Origin: Epiperipatus broadwayi
Lineage: Eukaryota > Animalia > Onychophora
NCBI GenBank assembly: GCA_028023455.1
Contig: JAQFVV010000007.1
Coordinates: 1,364,001-1,428,000 of the forward strand
Direction: 5' to 3'
Length of the DNA stretch: 64,000 nt
Numbering within the stretch: position 1 is the stretch's first letter; each line of letters begins with the position of its first letter. The notes below the pieces were generated by a model. It had not been told where the DNA came from and ran no database searches. It saw only the letters and a program-made list of their open reading frames with translations. The translations under genes were made by a program, and so were the position numbers. Below are positions 51,200 through 64,000 of the stretch, piece after piece.

Positions 51200-52500
51200 G
51201 AGACCAGAATGAAAGACAACATTTATGGCAAAGAAAATGTCAAAATTTAAGACTGATATATCTCCTCTTAGTGAAACTCATGCTCATGAGAAAGGAAGTT
51301 TAATAGAATAGATGGATAGTTACAAGGTTTTTTTTTTATAAAGTCATGAAAGGAGAATGCATAGTATTAGATTTGCTGTTAACATCTTTTATTCTTGGAA
51401 TTCCTGCTTGTATCAAATAAAGACTAAAACTTGCTTGCACAATGGCATCAGTGCTCATTTTATTAGTGCCTGTGTTAAAGCATTAGATTCATAGAAATCT
51501 TTTATTTCTTGCTGGAAAGTATTATTACAGCAATACTATTAAAAGATAATTAGTGTTTTAGAAATTTTAATGCATGTGTTGATATAAATAGTAGCCTTTG
51601 GCCAAATGATGTAGGAAATAATTGTATTGATAATGCAAATTGAAACACTGATTTTTTTTGTCTTTTACATGGACTGATATCACAAACTTTTTGTTTACGC
51701 AGAAAAATCACTATAAAGAAATTCATGCTCAAACCAATAACATTTAATAGATTACATTATAATTAGAAGTCAGAACACAAGAGGAGTTCATAATATACAA
51801 ATGCTTATAAGTGCAGATTTTTGGATAGATCATAGATTAGTATGCTCCAAGATTAAAATAATAGTTTCATTAAAAAATAGATCTCATTCCAATTATATTC
51901 ACAAGAAAATTGATGCTTGTTCTTTAAAAGTATCTATTATACATACTAGATTTCAACAGCTATTAAATATTAAAACTGCTAATTAGGACTTTTCAGATTT
52001 TCTTAAGTAATGTATTATAAATTCAAGTAAATCTATTTTTAGGTTTATTTTAAAAAAATAATCATATATTGGTTTTTAGATTATGATAATATTAGTGATT
52101 TGATTAAAAAGAAACATGCCATTTTCCACTTGACAGAACAATAGATTAAAAGTAGAATTTCATAATAAACATGAAGATTTGAAAGAAATTCAACAGGTTT
52201 GATAAAAATGCTTAAAAAACATAATTGATGTATTAAAATGGCAAAAAAGATATAGACACTTAATAATCATGGTGACTAAATCTTTTTAGATACACTAAAA
52301 ACAACATATGAACCTGAGAAGCAATGGCTCTCTGTTTGATTATCTCTTGAATAACAATACAAAAATTGAGATAATGACTTTTAATAATATATTCACTTTA
52401 ACTTCTCATTTATATTTAAACAAAGATATCCACCTTAGTGAAGTCAAAATAGCTATTTGTAATCTTAACCTGTAATGTCTACAGTTTGTTTTTATAATGT
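51200..52500 (+). pseudogene. Heavily decayed RTE-like LINE (endonuclease end and linker)
   Basis: HLIDYIIIRSQ...ISADFWIDHRLVCSKIKI (end of an APE endonuclease) and a downstream LSEVKIAI block. Confidence 0.6.
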
Positions 52501-54765
52501 AAATGCTCTACTTGGCATATAACACCATTCATGAGAAAAGTATTTTTTATGGTGTAATTAAGGTTCCAAATGGGCATTTAAAATAAGTAAAAAAAAACTA
52601 AAAATATATTTTTAATGATTTATTTCTGATTGCAACATATACTCCACATTTTTTATGTGCTCTATACAAATTGACTTCCACATATTCTGCATATATATAA
52701 AAAAAAATTCTTTTCAATTGGGAAGGACACTAATAGCAAGTTTTCTTTACCTCATATCCCCTGTCATCTGCATTCTTGTCACTATCAATAGTAGCTTCAG
52801 ATCTTCCTAATGCTTCTAAAATATAGACATGAAGTTCATTTCAGATGTTGCACATTAAGAAACATCCTAAACACAAATTTATAAATAATTTTGCTAATGA
52901 GTTTAAAAAATCCATGTGTTAAATTTTATTCAGTTGCTTAAAATTTTAATATAAAAGGAATGTGATGACAGTTGAGATATTTAACATTTGGAAAAAATTG
53001 TCATTAACTATCTTGTTCTCCTGCAAGGGTTAATAATTAGCACAATTCTGATCAAATAAATCCACCTCTCCTTATAATGTAATACAATCTGCAATCATCT
53101 CAGGTTTGCCAATGCCACAATCAATTTTGTTAGAGTAGTGCATGCAATAAATTAATAGTACAGCTTTATATTTTTGAAACATATGACATGATAACAGTGT
53201 AATATTATCATGAAAGCTATATGGCAGAAAAGTTATAGGAGTTTGGTTTTTTTATTTTTCTTCAAAGTTCCCAAATAAGTAGACCTCTCTTTTGTAACTC
53301 TCTGATAACTTCTATGAAGCTAAATCAATTGTCTAATGTAACATTTCTCTTGGATCTTTGGATTGACTTCACCAATCTGATAACAGATTGGGGGATTTGT
53401 TATTATTAGAATCTTTTCTTGAATATATGTAAGACCTTAGAACGTAACTGCATAAACATCACTGAGGCAAAAGATTTTAATGCTATATTTCCCAGGCTAT
53501 GTTGGCACATAAATTTTAAATCTGACTGATACTACTGCCATTGATTTTTGAAGAATTGTTTTTTTAATTCTTCTGCAGAAAACTTCAGTTTGAAAACCAA
53601 TATCTTGTTTTCTCAAGTTCATTATAAAATATTACTATTTTTTTTAGTTTTCAACCATTTTTAATGTCCTGTTGAATGAATATATAATTATGTAATTGTA
53701 AATTCAATATTATAACATCTAGGAAGCTGAATAATATACAATTGGTCTATAATCTTTATAGTATATTTATCAGAATATTATGGAAATAGTCTCAAACCAA
53801 TTATTTATCATTACCTGATTGTTATGTTGATGTTGGCTCCATATCTTATATCGTTATCAATAAATTTAACAAAATTATAGCTCTATGTACAACTAATTTG
53901 TTTGTATTGCTATGTTGAACTATCTTATTTTTTAATTTATTAAATGTAACAGCACTACATTGGAATTTGTGTTGCAATTTATTATTATAAAAATGGAAAA
54001 TAGAATTGGAATTAATATACATCATTATTCATCACCAGTTTTAATTATAAATGGTTTCAGATTTTCCACCATCACTTTTTCACTTGTACTATCATTTAGA
54101 AGCTGTGTAATATGAAGTATTATGAATAAAATTACATTGGAAAGATATTTTCAAACATTGCTTTAAATTTTTCAATTGATTGAATCAAACATCTGGATAA
54201 ATTAAAACATACAGTAGCTACTTGTTAAAGAATATTGTCATTCCAACTCCAAAGATTTAAAAAAAAAAAAAAGATGCAAAAAAAAATCTATTCTAGAGAT
54301 GATTTTTATAATGACTATGCAAAACAATTTATGAAACACAAATATATTGTCATACAAAAATTGGTGATTCATTTTTCTGTTTCTTTATGGGATAAAATGA
54401 AAATTTAGTAGATAAAGAAAAATACACATATACCAAGTAAACTCATTCACATACAATCTCAGATTTCAGCATAGTACATACAAACATGTGATCTCTATTT
54501 ATCATTGCATCAACATTATTTTATTTCTGATGATATTTTAAGGTATATATTTTTTTAAAATAAATAGTATCATAAGTATAAATATATATGTGAAACACAT
54601 ATATAACATTTAGTATTATCTGCAGTTCTAGGTATCTGCAAAAAGCTTGGATATAAGGATATTACTTATTGTACGCAATCAAAGTTGTACTTTAGATTGG
54701 CTTATATAATCATTGCAAAACTCATCTTCAAATTTTTGTCATCTCCCCTCTCTCTCTATATATAT

Positions 54766-55100
54766 TGTAACCTTATGGTTGGGCTCAATGTTTATCAAGC
54801 CCTATTTAAATGACTATATCACTATATATATATGGCTATATATTGTTAAAATTTTTAGATGTATAATATGTTAAATTTATTTATTTATAATATATGGACA
54901 TGTTTAAAAAGAAAATGAAATATAATGTAAATAATGTCCAGTAGATGGGGTGAATATTATTATTTATGTGAATTGTATAATATAATATCTTGAGAAGGTC
55001 TCAATGGAGATGAAAGCCGGTTTGATAAATATTTAAATATAATTATTAATAGTTGTTTATTTCAATCTTGTTTGATTGATTATTTATTTACCTATTTAAA
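54766..55100 (+). mobile_element. Short terminal-repeat-like remnant with a degenerate hammerhead motif
   Basis: TGTAACC start after (TA)n. 54986-55027 reads atatc-TTGAGAA-G-GTCTC-aatg-GAGAT-GAAA-gccggt-tt-gata. Confidence 0.35.
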
Positions 55101-57695
55101 TAGTTAATTATATAAAAATTTAAATTTTAATTGGTAATAATTAAAATAATAAATATTCAGTATTAAATAAGTGTATTATATCAGTGATGTGCTATCATAG
55201 TTGTCAAATTTTATTGGTATTCATTTACGCATACTTTACAATCTGTAAAGCACATGTGCATTAGCCTAATTGCTAATTTACAATTACAATTTATTAACAT
55301 AGCGCTATATAAATAAATATCTTATTATATATATTATAAAAGTAAGTAAATTTTTATCAATAAACCTCCTGAGAATGATAAAGACTTGGACTATTCAAGA
55401 TATGCTATATACTCTGCCAGGTTGTGTATGGGACTTTATATGCAGTCTGTCAGATGGACTACTTTTAATAGTGTCAAAGTAATAATTTATTAATTTGAAA
55501 GTACAGAAATATTTTCTATTTTACTATTATTAAATAATAATCAAAAAGATTTAAAATTATAACTATTCTAAATTAATCTTTATAATTAATTCTTAAGCAT
55601 ATTTTTATTGCAATTTAAAATGATTTTGAACAACACTTATGCTTATAGATGGAGAATTATTAATTATATATTAATGTATGCACATACAACGATTTAATTG
55701 GCTTATTTTGTACAATAATTCTCTCTGATGAAAGTTTATAAAAATAAAAATAAAGATGTGGATAGAGTACAGAGAACAACTAGAATAACAGGGGAAATGA
55801 TAACAACCTCTGAAAATAGCATAACTGAAAATTTATCAAAAGTAAAATTTGAATTGAATTGAGAATGGGATTGAATTATATTTTAACTTACAACTAATAG
55901 AGTAGGGGACGCCACTTGACCTGTGTACATGATATATGTCACTTCTGTCAATTCATAATCATCAAGGTTCACATATAAAACTAGCAGGCATCTTAAAAAA
56001 AAAAAAATCTCGCTAAAATGAATTTCAAACTTAAACAAAACCAGGAGTTCATAGGCACACATTTTTATTCTTTATAATTGTTTTAATTATTATGTTTACT
56101 GTATGCATTATAAAAATCATTATAACTTATTTGGAACAGCAAGAGAAAGGGAAAGAATATTATTTTGTGCTTTCAGTCAAATGAATTTAAAAATTGGCAT
56201 AACTATATTATTAGATAGTTAATATCTCGGTGTTCAAACTCAGTGAAGAAATTTGCCTTTAACTCTACCCAAGGATGGATTTAAACAGGATGGCAATAAT
56301 GTGACCTCTATATAGGTCCCTAATGGCTTTTTACTAATGAAAGTATTCTTAAGTTCTCACAAATATCATGAATATGTATAAAAGATGTGTGAACATGTAC
56401 ACTAGATATCCTGGTGAGTGAAGTGAAGTATGAATGATGATCGATAATCTAGAAACTATAGAAACAAAGATTTTAACTTCAAACAACAAATATTTATTAA
56501 CAAAATTCAGGTTCCAAATTTATAGCAATTATAACTCAATAAAATATACACATGAATATAATAAAGTATAGGTGTGTGTCTTTACTATAATACAACTTAA
56601 TATTACTGTTGATTCGTGATTACAACAAAATGGTCACATACCCCAATCTGAACAATAGAAGTTAAATATTAAATATATCAATTAAAAAAAATAAAATTAC
56701 AATGCACGACAATATAGAATGTACCTATTATCCCAAAGATCAATCTATATTATTAGATGTTCAATGTGTAATTAGATTATGTCATCTGAATGTATGCTAC
56801 ACTTATGTCTATCGAGTGTTAATTTATGTTTTATAGATAGCGTTCATTCATAAAATTGTTAATCATACAAACAGAAAAATTTACTTATATATAATTACTT
56901 GTTAGTAAGTAAAATAAATATTTAATTTTATATATTAAATGCCTAATTAAATGTAGATGTTTAAAAATCTTAACTTTGTCTTTTAAGTCAATGTCCAGAT
57001 GTCAAATCTAATATACCCAATTATGCTAAGATTTTATTTACAAACATATAAAATTATATATGTAGACCTTGAGTTGTGTATTTATATTTTTCTCCTCCTA
57101 TCAAAATTTAAGCAAAATGGATTCTTTACATTTCAAGATTTAGAGGAAAAAAAAATGCTTTCTGCAAATAAGTAAAAGAGTGAGAAAAATTGTACCTCAA
57201 CTCTCAGTATACACCAAAAAATACAAATACAAAATATTTAAGAGCATCAAAATTAAACGAAATCTTAGACTTCTTTAAAAATAATGGGTTAAAATTTGTA
57301 AGAGTGGCTTCAGTGTTTTCAGCAGATGGTGTCTTTCTTTTATTCGTGCATGTTGAATGATTTCAAACTCCAACCACTTAAAACAATTCCCATGATGAAG
57401 TCGAGCTCATAAAGCTCCTGATTTTGTAGCAATTTCCTTTCCGATTCCATGAGAACTTTCTCTAAATCATTCCACGCTTATTTAGACCCTAAGCATATCA
57501 ATGATTAGACTTTATCACCATTTGATAGCACAAAGAAGGCACAAAGATCCTGCAACAATTAATTTAGCAAGATTGCATCATTATATTATATATATATCCA
57601 AATAAGTAGTTAAATATAGGATTTTTCAAAGTTTCCATTGAGGGGGTATTTTTATGTCAGCTCATACTCACATATATATACACACACATATATTT

Positions 57696-59205
57696 TGTTA
57701 AAATAGAAATATCGTTTTATAATACATAATTTTAAAAAAAGAAATAAATTAACACTTAATTTTAAAATGGAGGTTTTGAGAAGTTAAAATAAATTAGATC
57801 AAGATCTTGCATGTTTTTGATAAAAGTTTGTCTTTTGTTTAGTCTAAAAAAAAAATTCTTAACAATAGAAGGGAAAAGAAAGCAATTAGTTCTATTGTTG
57901 GGGTTTTGATAGTGAAGGTATTTTACGCTATCTATTACGCTGATCAATTGGAATGTTTCTTTGGGATTTTAAAATAAAATATGAAATAAAAGAAGAGAAC
58001 ATTAAAGGTGTGAACTGAGGCTTTTAAAAAAACACTATAAATTACGGACTTTCCTTTTGTTTAAATTAATTGAATTTCTGCCGAGGTCATTACCTAATCT
58101 ATAAGTTTAAATTCGGCTCGGACTCGTCAATAGTAAAAATCGAAAGTTACATTAAAAAAAAAATAAGAAGAAAGCGCAAGAAGAAAATGTTGAGCGACTA
58201 GATCTAACAGAACTTTCCCTTCTGGAAACCTCTTCCTATTACCACCTGGAACTGCCTTGTAAATGCCGTACATAGAGAGCTAGCTGAGGAGAACGGACTG
58301 GATGAAGACAACGGACAAGCCACGATGAATATAAAGTGAAATATTCCACACATACCGGAACAACACTGATGATCAGGGTAAATAGACGTTTTTTTTATTA
58401 TAATTTCAAGAGACATTTGCGTAATAGAATTTAAAGAAAGAAAGAAAAGCCTTCACTTCAAAAATCTCAAAGTTTCAGCAATAGAAAGGGAGGGATATGT
58501 AGTCTTTAAGTAGATGTATTTACTAATTCAAATTAATCCACATTATATTGTTTTTTTGGGTTACATTGTATTAATTAAACTTACCTTTAATTTCTATGAT
58601 TGTTGTTCTTATAATGTATAGATCTGAATAAGAAAAATTGTATACTCGATCCAAGGACAAGTAAAAATTTAAGATGAAAAGATTTAACATTAGAAAGAGG
58701 AGGTTTGAGTGCGTTTGTTTTTAACAACACACTCTTATAGTAAGTCGCCCTTGAGTTCACTCATAGTTATATACCATGATATTTGATGAAAATATTGTAT
58801 AATTGGTAAAGTGACGGCGCATGTTCCTTCGCAAACGATATATGTTAATTCTTGATTAGAAAGAAAAAGGATCGGGAGGGTTTGATTCGACAAGTACGAG
58901 GGAAGAAAATAACCAACAAATAGAATAAAGGTATAATAAATATTTCAACAATAGTGAAGTGTCGATTTGTTTTTTTTTTTGTTTATTATAATTAATTCTT
59001 ATAATTCATTTTATAATCTTTTGGTCCATTAAAAGAAAATTATTTTAAGATTTGCATTTGGTGATTGCCGTTCGTAAATAAATTAACCGTTATTATAGAA
59101 ATTTTATAATACGGTCTAGGCAGAAATGCTTGGTGGCACCCTCGAACGGCCACCGTATGTTGCAATCTCGTGAAATTTAAGAGCGTAACAAAATGTTTTG
59201 TTACA
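57696..59205 (+). repeat. Probable 5' LTR of gypsy G
   Basis: TGTTAA...GTTACA, followed by TGGCGGCGGG (59211) and the Lys-PBS-like TGGCGTCTCAACATGTAGGGCTC (59236). No partner LTR lies in the window to confirm the boundaries. Confidence 0.5.
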
Positions 59206-59392
59206 GAGGGTGGCGGCGGGTGAAATATAAGAAAATGGCGTCTCAACATGTAGGGCTCATTAACTAAATAAACGGCTTGAGATTAGGGTAAAAGTGAGGT
59301 AAGGCAGGTTTGGGTGGTTAGAGCGAGAAGTTAGTGTCCCAGTAGGAGAGGGTTTTGAATGTCGGAAGTAAATTTAAAATATTGTAGATAAA

Positions 59393-59990
59393 ATGCAGGA
59401 TAGAATTCAGATAAAAATGTTCGAAGGAGACAAAGAGGAGACTCTATTCGGACACTTGGAAAGTTTAGAAGAGTGTTTTTGTATGTACGAGACAAGGGAA
59501 AAAGAAAAAATAAATATAGCAAGTAATTATTTGGCAGGCACGGCAAGAGATTGGTGGAGAATGATACAGAAAAGACCAGATGATTTCAAACTGTACAAAA
59601 ATAAATTAATACATACGTTTTGAAACGTAAAGAGACAAGAAAAGTTACGAAGAGTGGTAGAATTAGAAAGGTATAAAAAAGAAGAAGGGATAAGATATAA
59701 ACAGTCTTTTTTAAAGCAAATGGTAAAAATTGAGAAGGATGATAGAATATCCTATTGCTGAACGGCAAATTATAAGTATTATAAAAAAAACTTACCACAA
59801 AATATACGAGAGATTAGCTGTCTGTAGATGCGAAGATGTGGAAGACATATTGGAAGTTCTTAGAGAGGAAGAAAATGTACAGGAAGAAGAGAAACAAGAA
59901 CAACTCCCTAAGCTGTTAAATGTAGTAATTGAGGAACAATTGAGGAAGAAGAGAAAATACAAACGATGGAGGAACAAACTTGCCCGGTGA
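59393..59990 (+). pseudogene. Decayed gag of gypsy G
   Basis: IKMFEGD...EKINIASNYLAGTARDWW...FKLYKNKLIHTF (retrotransposon gag-type), continuing after a stop and frameshift. Confidence 0.8.
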
Positions 59991-59999
59991 TAACGATAA

Positions 60000-61993
60000 A
60001 AATACAGGGAATAGAGATACAGGCCCTACTAAACAAGGAGCCAAGTCTCGATAATCTCAAATAAAATATTAGATCGAATCAGAGATCAGAAGAGGGAAAT
60101 ACAGTTGCTACCATTAAGAAAATCTGAAATAACTATGGCTAATGGCAAAAGTGTTAAGTTAGATCCTATACAAATATACGGGGAAGTACAAGTGGGAAGA
60201 AAAAAAAATACAGCATACATTATTATCAATGTCAGGTTTGGTAGATCTTATATTGGGGTCGGATTTTATGCATCGAACCGGGACAAAAATTAACTATAGC
60301 GAAAAAAAGGGTGCCATTTAGTGGATATAACAGACAAAGTGATAACAGGGTAGCTTACATGGTAACTAATGACATATACCAAGAAATAGAACTGTAAAAT
60401 AACTAAGTTAGGTAGTAACAATAGGGGCTGGAAAATTCAACTTAAAGAGGCACTTTTGAAAAATGAACAAGTATTCGCCATTAAACCCGGAATTATAAAG
60501 GGATATGTTCATCGGATAAAGGTGAAAGAAGAAACTCATTTTCAGGGTAGGTCATACCCAGTTCCTGTCAAATATACAGAGGAAGTTGATAAACAAATAC
60601 AACAAATGGAACAATGGGGTATTATAAAAAAACAAGTCACCGTATATAAACCTTTTAGTAATTGTAAAAAAGGATGGCTCTATGAGAGTATGCTTAGATG
60701 CTCGGCAGTTAAATACTATTACTACACCGGATCGGGATATGCCACCTCGAATTACAGATTTGCTGTTGGAATTTAAAGAAAAAAAATATTTTTCGTCATT
60801 CGATTTGACATCAAGTTACTGGCAGATAGCGCTCCATGCTGAAGTTCAAAAATACACGGCCTTCCATTATGAAGGTTTTACATACGTGTTTCAACGAGTT
60901 CCGTTTGGACTAATTAACAGTGGGTCAGGGCTATTACGATGTTTAGACCAGGTACTTTCTCCGAGGGTAAAAGAATTTATACTCTATTATATGGACGATG
61001 TCGTGATTGTGTCACGATCTCCTCAGGAACATTTAGAAAATTTAGTTGTGTTCCTCCGTGAGTGTCACGAAAAGAACTTTACAATGAATCTGAAGAAAAG
61101 TAATATATTTCAGGAAGAAATTATATTTCTCGGTCATCTCATATGTGCTAAAGGGGTGAGGCCCCATCCTGACAAGATAGAAGCGATCATTAAATTCCCT
61201 CAACCAAAGAATAGAAAACAGATTAGATCGTTCCTTGGTACATGCAATTTCTATCAAAGGTTCTACAAAGATTTTTCTACAGATACGGAAGCACTTGTCC
61301 ATTTACTGAGAAAAGAAAGCAAGTGGGAATGGACGGAAAACAAGAGCAAGCGTTTAAACAGATAAAAAAAATTTTTGTAGGTACTGTAACACTCGCCTAT
61401 CCGGATTTTGACAAACCGTTTAGGTTACAGACTGATAGTAGTAGCGTAGGATTGGGAGCAATACTGTTTCAAGAGAATGAAGAGAAGATACCTCAGGTTT
61501 TGTATTTTTTAAGTAGGACATTAAATCCAGCGGAAAGAAATTATACCACTATGGAAAGGGAGGCATTGACAATTGTTTGGGCATTAAATAAACTTAAACA
61601 TTTGCTTTTAGGGTCTGAGGTTATTATTATCACCGATCATAAAAGCTTAGAGTTTATAAATAGGTGTTACTTAACTAATGATAGACTTATAAGATGGGCA
61701 TTATACTTACAGAAGTTTAATTACAGGATAATTCATTGCTCCGGGAAAGAAAATATAGTACCGGATATATTAAGCAGAAATCCGCTTACGGATCACAGTC
61801 AAAATTTAACACTGGAGGGAGCTCGATTAATATCTCTTAAAGCAGATCCTGTGATATCGATAGAGAAACATTTGAAAAGACTCCATTTTTTTCAAAACTC
61901 AGACACTATGAGCAGGAAGCTCATACAAGGCTGTAAAGAAGAAAATGTCAGACAACAAAAAAATTGCACGCAAAAAAAAAAAACAAATTATAT
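60000..61993 (+). pseudogene. Decayed pol of gypsy G (protease, RT, RNase H, linker)
   Basis: RVCLDARQLN...FDLTSSYWQI...VPFGL...YMDD...FLGHLI; FRLQTDSSSVGLGAIL...NYTTMEREAL...IITDH...VPDILSR. Frameshifted. Confidence 0.95.
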
Positions 61994-63925
61994 TGTAAGG
62001 GAATATAATATTCCATTACATTATTTTAAAATGAAAATAAAAAGATCGTAAATAAAAATTGATTTATTAAAAAGAAAAAACTTAAAAACTAAAAATTAAA
62101 AGTTGTTTAATATATATATTGTCACGCAGATGGAAAACTTAAACTATTTTAAGAAAAAGTATTTGAAAGTATTTTTTTTGTAAAAAAGTAAAAATATAAA
62201 GATTGATATTTTAAAAATAGAAATAATGTTGATTTCTATAATCTTAGAAAATGGAAATGATTGTTTTATTAATTAGATGATTGTTCGAAAGCAAGATGGC
62301 CATTAAGGCATTTAAAATAAATTAAACGGTCAGATAAGAAAATACAAAGAAATCAAATGACCAATGCAAGCACGAAAATGACAGCACGGACCATAACTGA
62401 AACACGAGAGGATTAGTGATGTTTGGCTCGTTGAATCCCAACATCTAATGATAAGAGACTAATAAAAATATAAAAGCCAAAGGATTATTATAATTGGGAT
62501 CGGAGAGCTGACTATGAATATATCGTTATAACTAGCTATATTGCAGATTTTTACGATGTGGAAGTCTGCAATAAATTTAATTTTCCGGACAACCAGCTGA
62601 GGCCTCTGGATGACAGTTCCTGACCAAATGAATGGCAAGTAGTGGTTTCGTTTCAAAGAAGGACAAAATCTATGAAAGTGATCACGAAGATGGACTTCTA
62701 AATCTACTCAATCCGTAAAGTATGAACTCTTGTGTCTATCTAATAAGAACTTTTCTAAAATTGCAATGAATTAATAGCTGAAAATAAGAACTCTTTTCTG
62801 AATTAAAGAATGCAAATTCAATTATTAATATTTTTTTTATGCAGATGTTTAAGCAATCATTTCCATTTCATTTTTTTTTGTGTGTGTTATGTTTTAACTA
62901 AAATGTACTAAATTTAAAGTTGGGTGTAGATAGTTGCATGGATAAAGATTAATAACTATGTTTAAATTTGTTTATGTTTAGTTTAAGGGATTCTAATTTC
63001 AGGCTATTTGTTTCGTAGTTAGGACAATGCTTGTGGAAGGATATATGGGTGTTTATATTAATGTAATGTGAAGCGTGTTTAGCATACAGGGCAACGTGCC
63101 CAACTGAATGCATGACCCCAAAGAGGCAGTCATATCGTTGAAATAGTCGCAGATGTATTTGCTGCGCCATTGACCCCTTCTAGCTCTATGGACAGGGATT
63201 TATAAGACGGCAGAAAGACCACTCTCCCCCATACGTAGCACTCTTAAAAAAAAATTATATACATGATTCCTTAGTCAGGCAGATGCACTTTTCCTGTCCT
63301 GGACACGGATCATTTCCCTTAAATTATCACGCTGTCAGATGCACATTCCTGTCAGCATAGTTTTATGCTAGCATTTTCATATTGCATTGGTTGCAAATAT
63401 ATATCTGGAAGCTGACATTGGATTGGCTGCGAACTTTTAGTCTGAGATTGAATGAATGTTTTGATAAGTTTTTAAGTGGAAAAAATCTAGGTAGACTATC
63501 TATGCTCGACATGCTAAAGTAAAACATAATTTAAATATTCATCTGTGCGGTCTATTTAAAATAGTAATTTAAACTTTAAAAAAAATTAATGTTAAAATCT
63601 AAAAATAAATTTATTCCTCAAATTTTAAATGTGCGTTAATAAAATCTATTTGTGTGTTAATTACTGGCAGTGGCTTCTTTTATTTTATTGTTTTAAATAT
63701 TAATATATTGAGAATCTAAATCTATTAAAAGTTATAAAAATGTTTAAATCTCTGCTACTCTATGAGCTAGTGACATTGGGCAAACTGTCAGAATAATATA
63801 TATAAAATTTTTTTTTGAATCTTAACTTACGTATCTGCCTACTATATAAATTTTTCTAGGTTCAAATGCCTAGATGGCGCCCTCGTACGGCAGATACGTT
63901 GAAGGCTCTTTCAGTGACCGTTAAA
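61994..63925 (+). mobile_element. Long solo-LTR family C, copy 3 (1932 bp), inserted in the pol of gypsy G
   Basis: TGTAAG...GACCGTTAAA flanked by ATAT (61990-61993, 63926-63929). Removing it restores NKLYRYKIINGLLMFQ. Confidence 0.92.
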
Positions 63926-63929
63926 ATAT

Positions 63930-64000
63930 CGGTATAAAATAATAAATGGGTTGTTGATGTTTCAGGTTAGAAAGGGAGTAGATTGTTGGAGAGTATTTAT
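63930..64000 (+). pseudogene. Resumed pol (pre-integrase region) of gypsy G
   Basis: RYKIINGLLMFQVRKGVDCWRVF aligns with gypsy A RYRIQNGLLQQQVGMEGKCWKML. Confidence 0.8.

Larger units (their letters stand above)
57696..64000 (+). mobile_element. Decayed Ty3/gypsy retrotransposon G, running off the window end, antisense within the putative SF3B4 upstream intron
   Basis: Probable 5' LTR, PBS-like motifs, gag, protease, RT (YMDD), RNase H and the start of integrase. Confidence 0.88.

Noticed and set aside
57240-57560. Mariner-like transposase remnant on the minus strand (LHHGNC)
   Set aside because: The resemblance is too short, and no TIRs or other catalytic motifs were identified.
894-59977. 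Most 60-100 aa ORFs in the supplied track, e.g. 7270-7530, 48948-49181, 35511-35915, 61042-61302
   Set aside because: They are antisense or off-frame shadows of repeats and pol genes, or chance ORFs in AT-rich DNA with no recognisable motifs.

Overview
Very AT-rich eukaryotic (probably invertebrate animal) DNA dominated by nested, decayed transposable elements around one host gene. Two minus-strand coding exons of splicing factor SF3B4 lie at 45933-46272 and 45583-45750; no other SF3B4 exons were recognised. A full-length decayed Ty3/gypsy element (26371-41035, ~2.7-kb LTRs, ATAC target duplication) splits an RTE-type LINE and itself contains a 2.57-kb solo LTR. A second gypsy element (from ~57696 to the window end) has its pol interrupted by a 1.93-kb solo LTR. 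Several other very long LTR-like families, a hAT MITE and LINE fragments are present. The two most interesting observations: (1) a ~444-bp non-coding repeat carrying a type I hammerhead ribozyme motif, found as tandem and inverted copies with a tail and 12-14-bp target duplications, i.e. a candidate non-autonomous Penelope-type/retrozyme family; (2) a set of very long gypsy-type LTRs that begin with a structurally conserved hairpin and carry islands with a codon-like substitution pattern. All alignments were done by eye, with no database searches.
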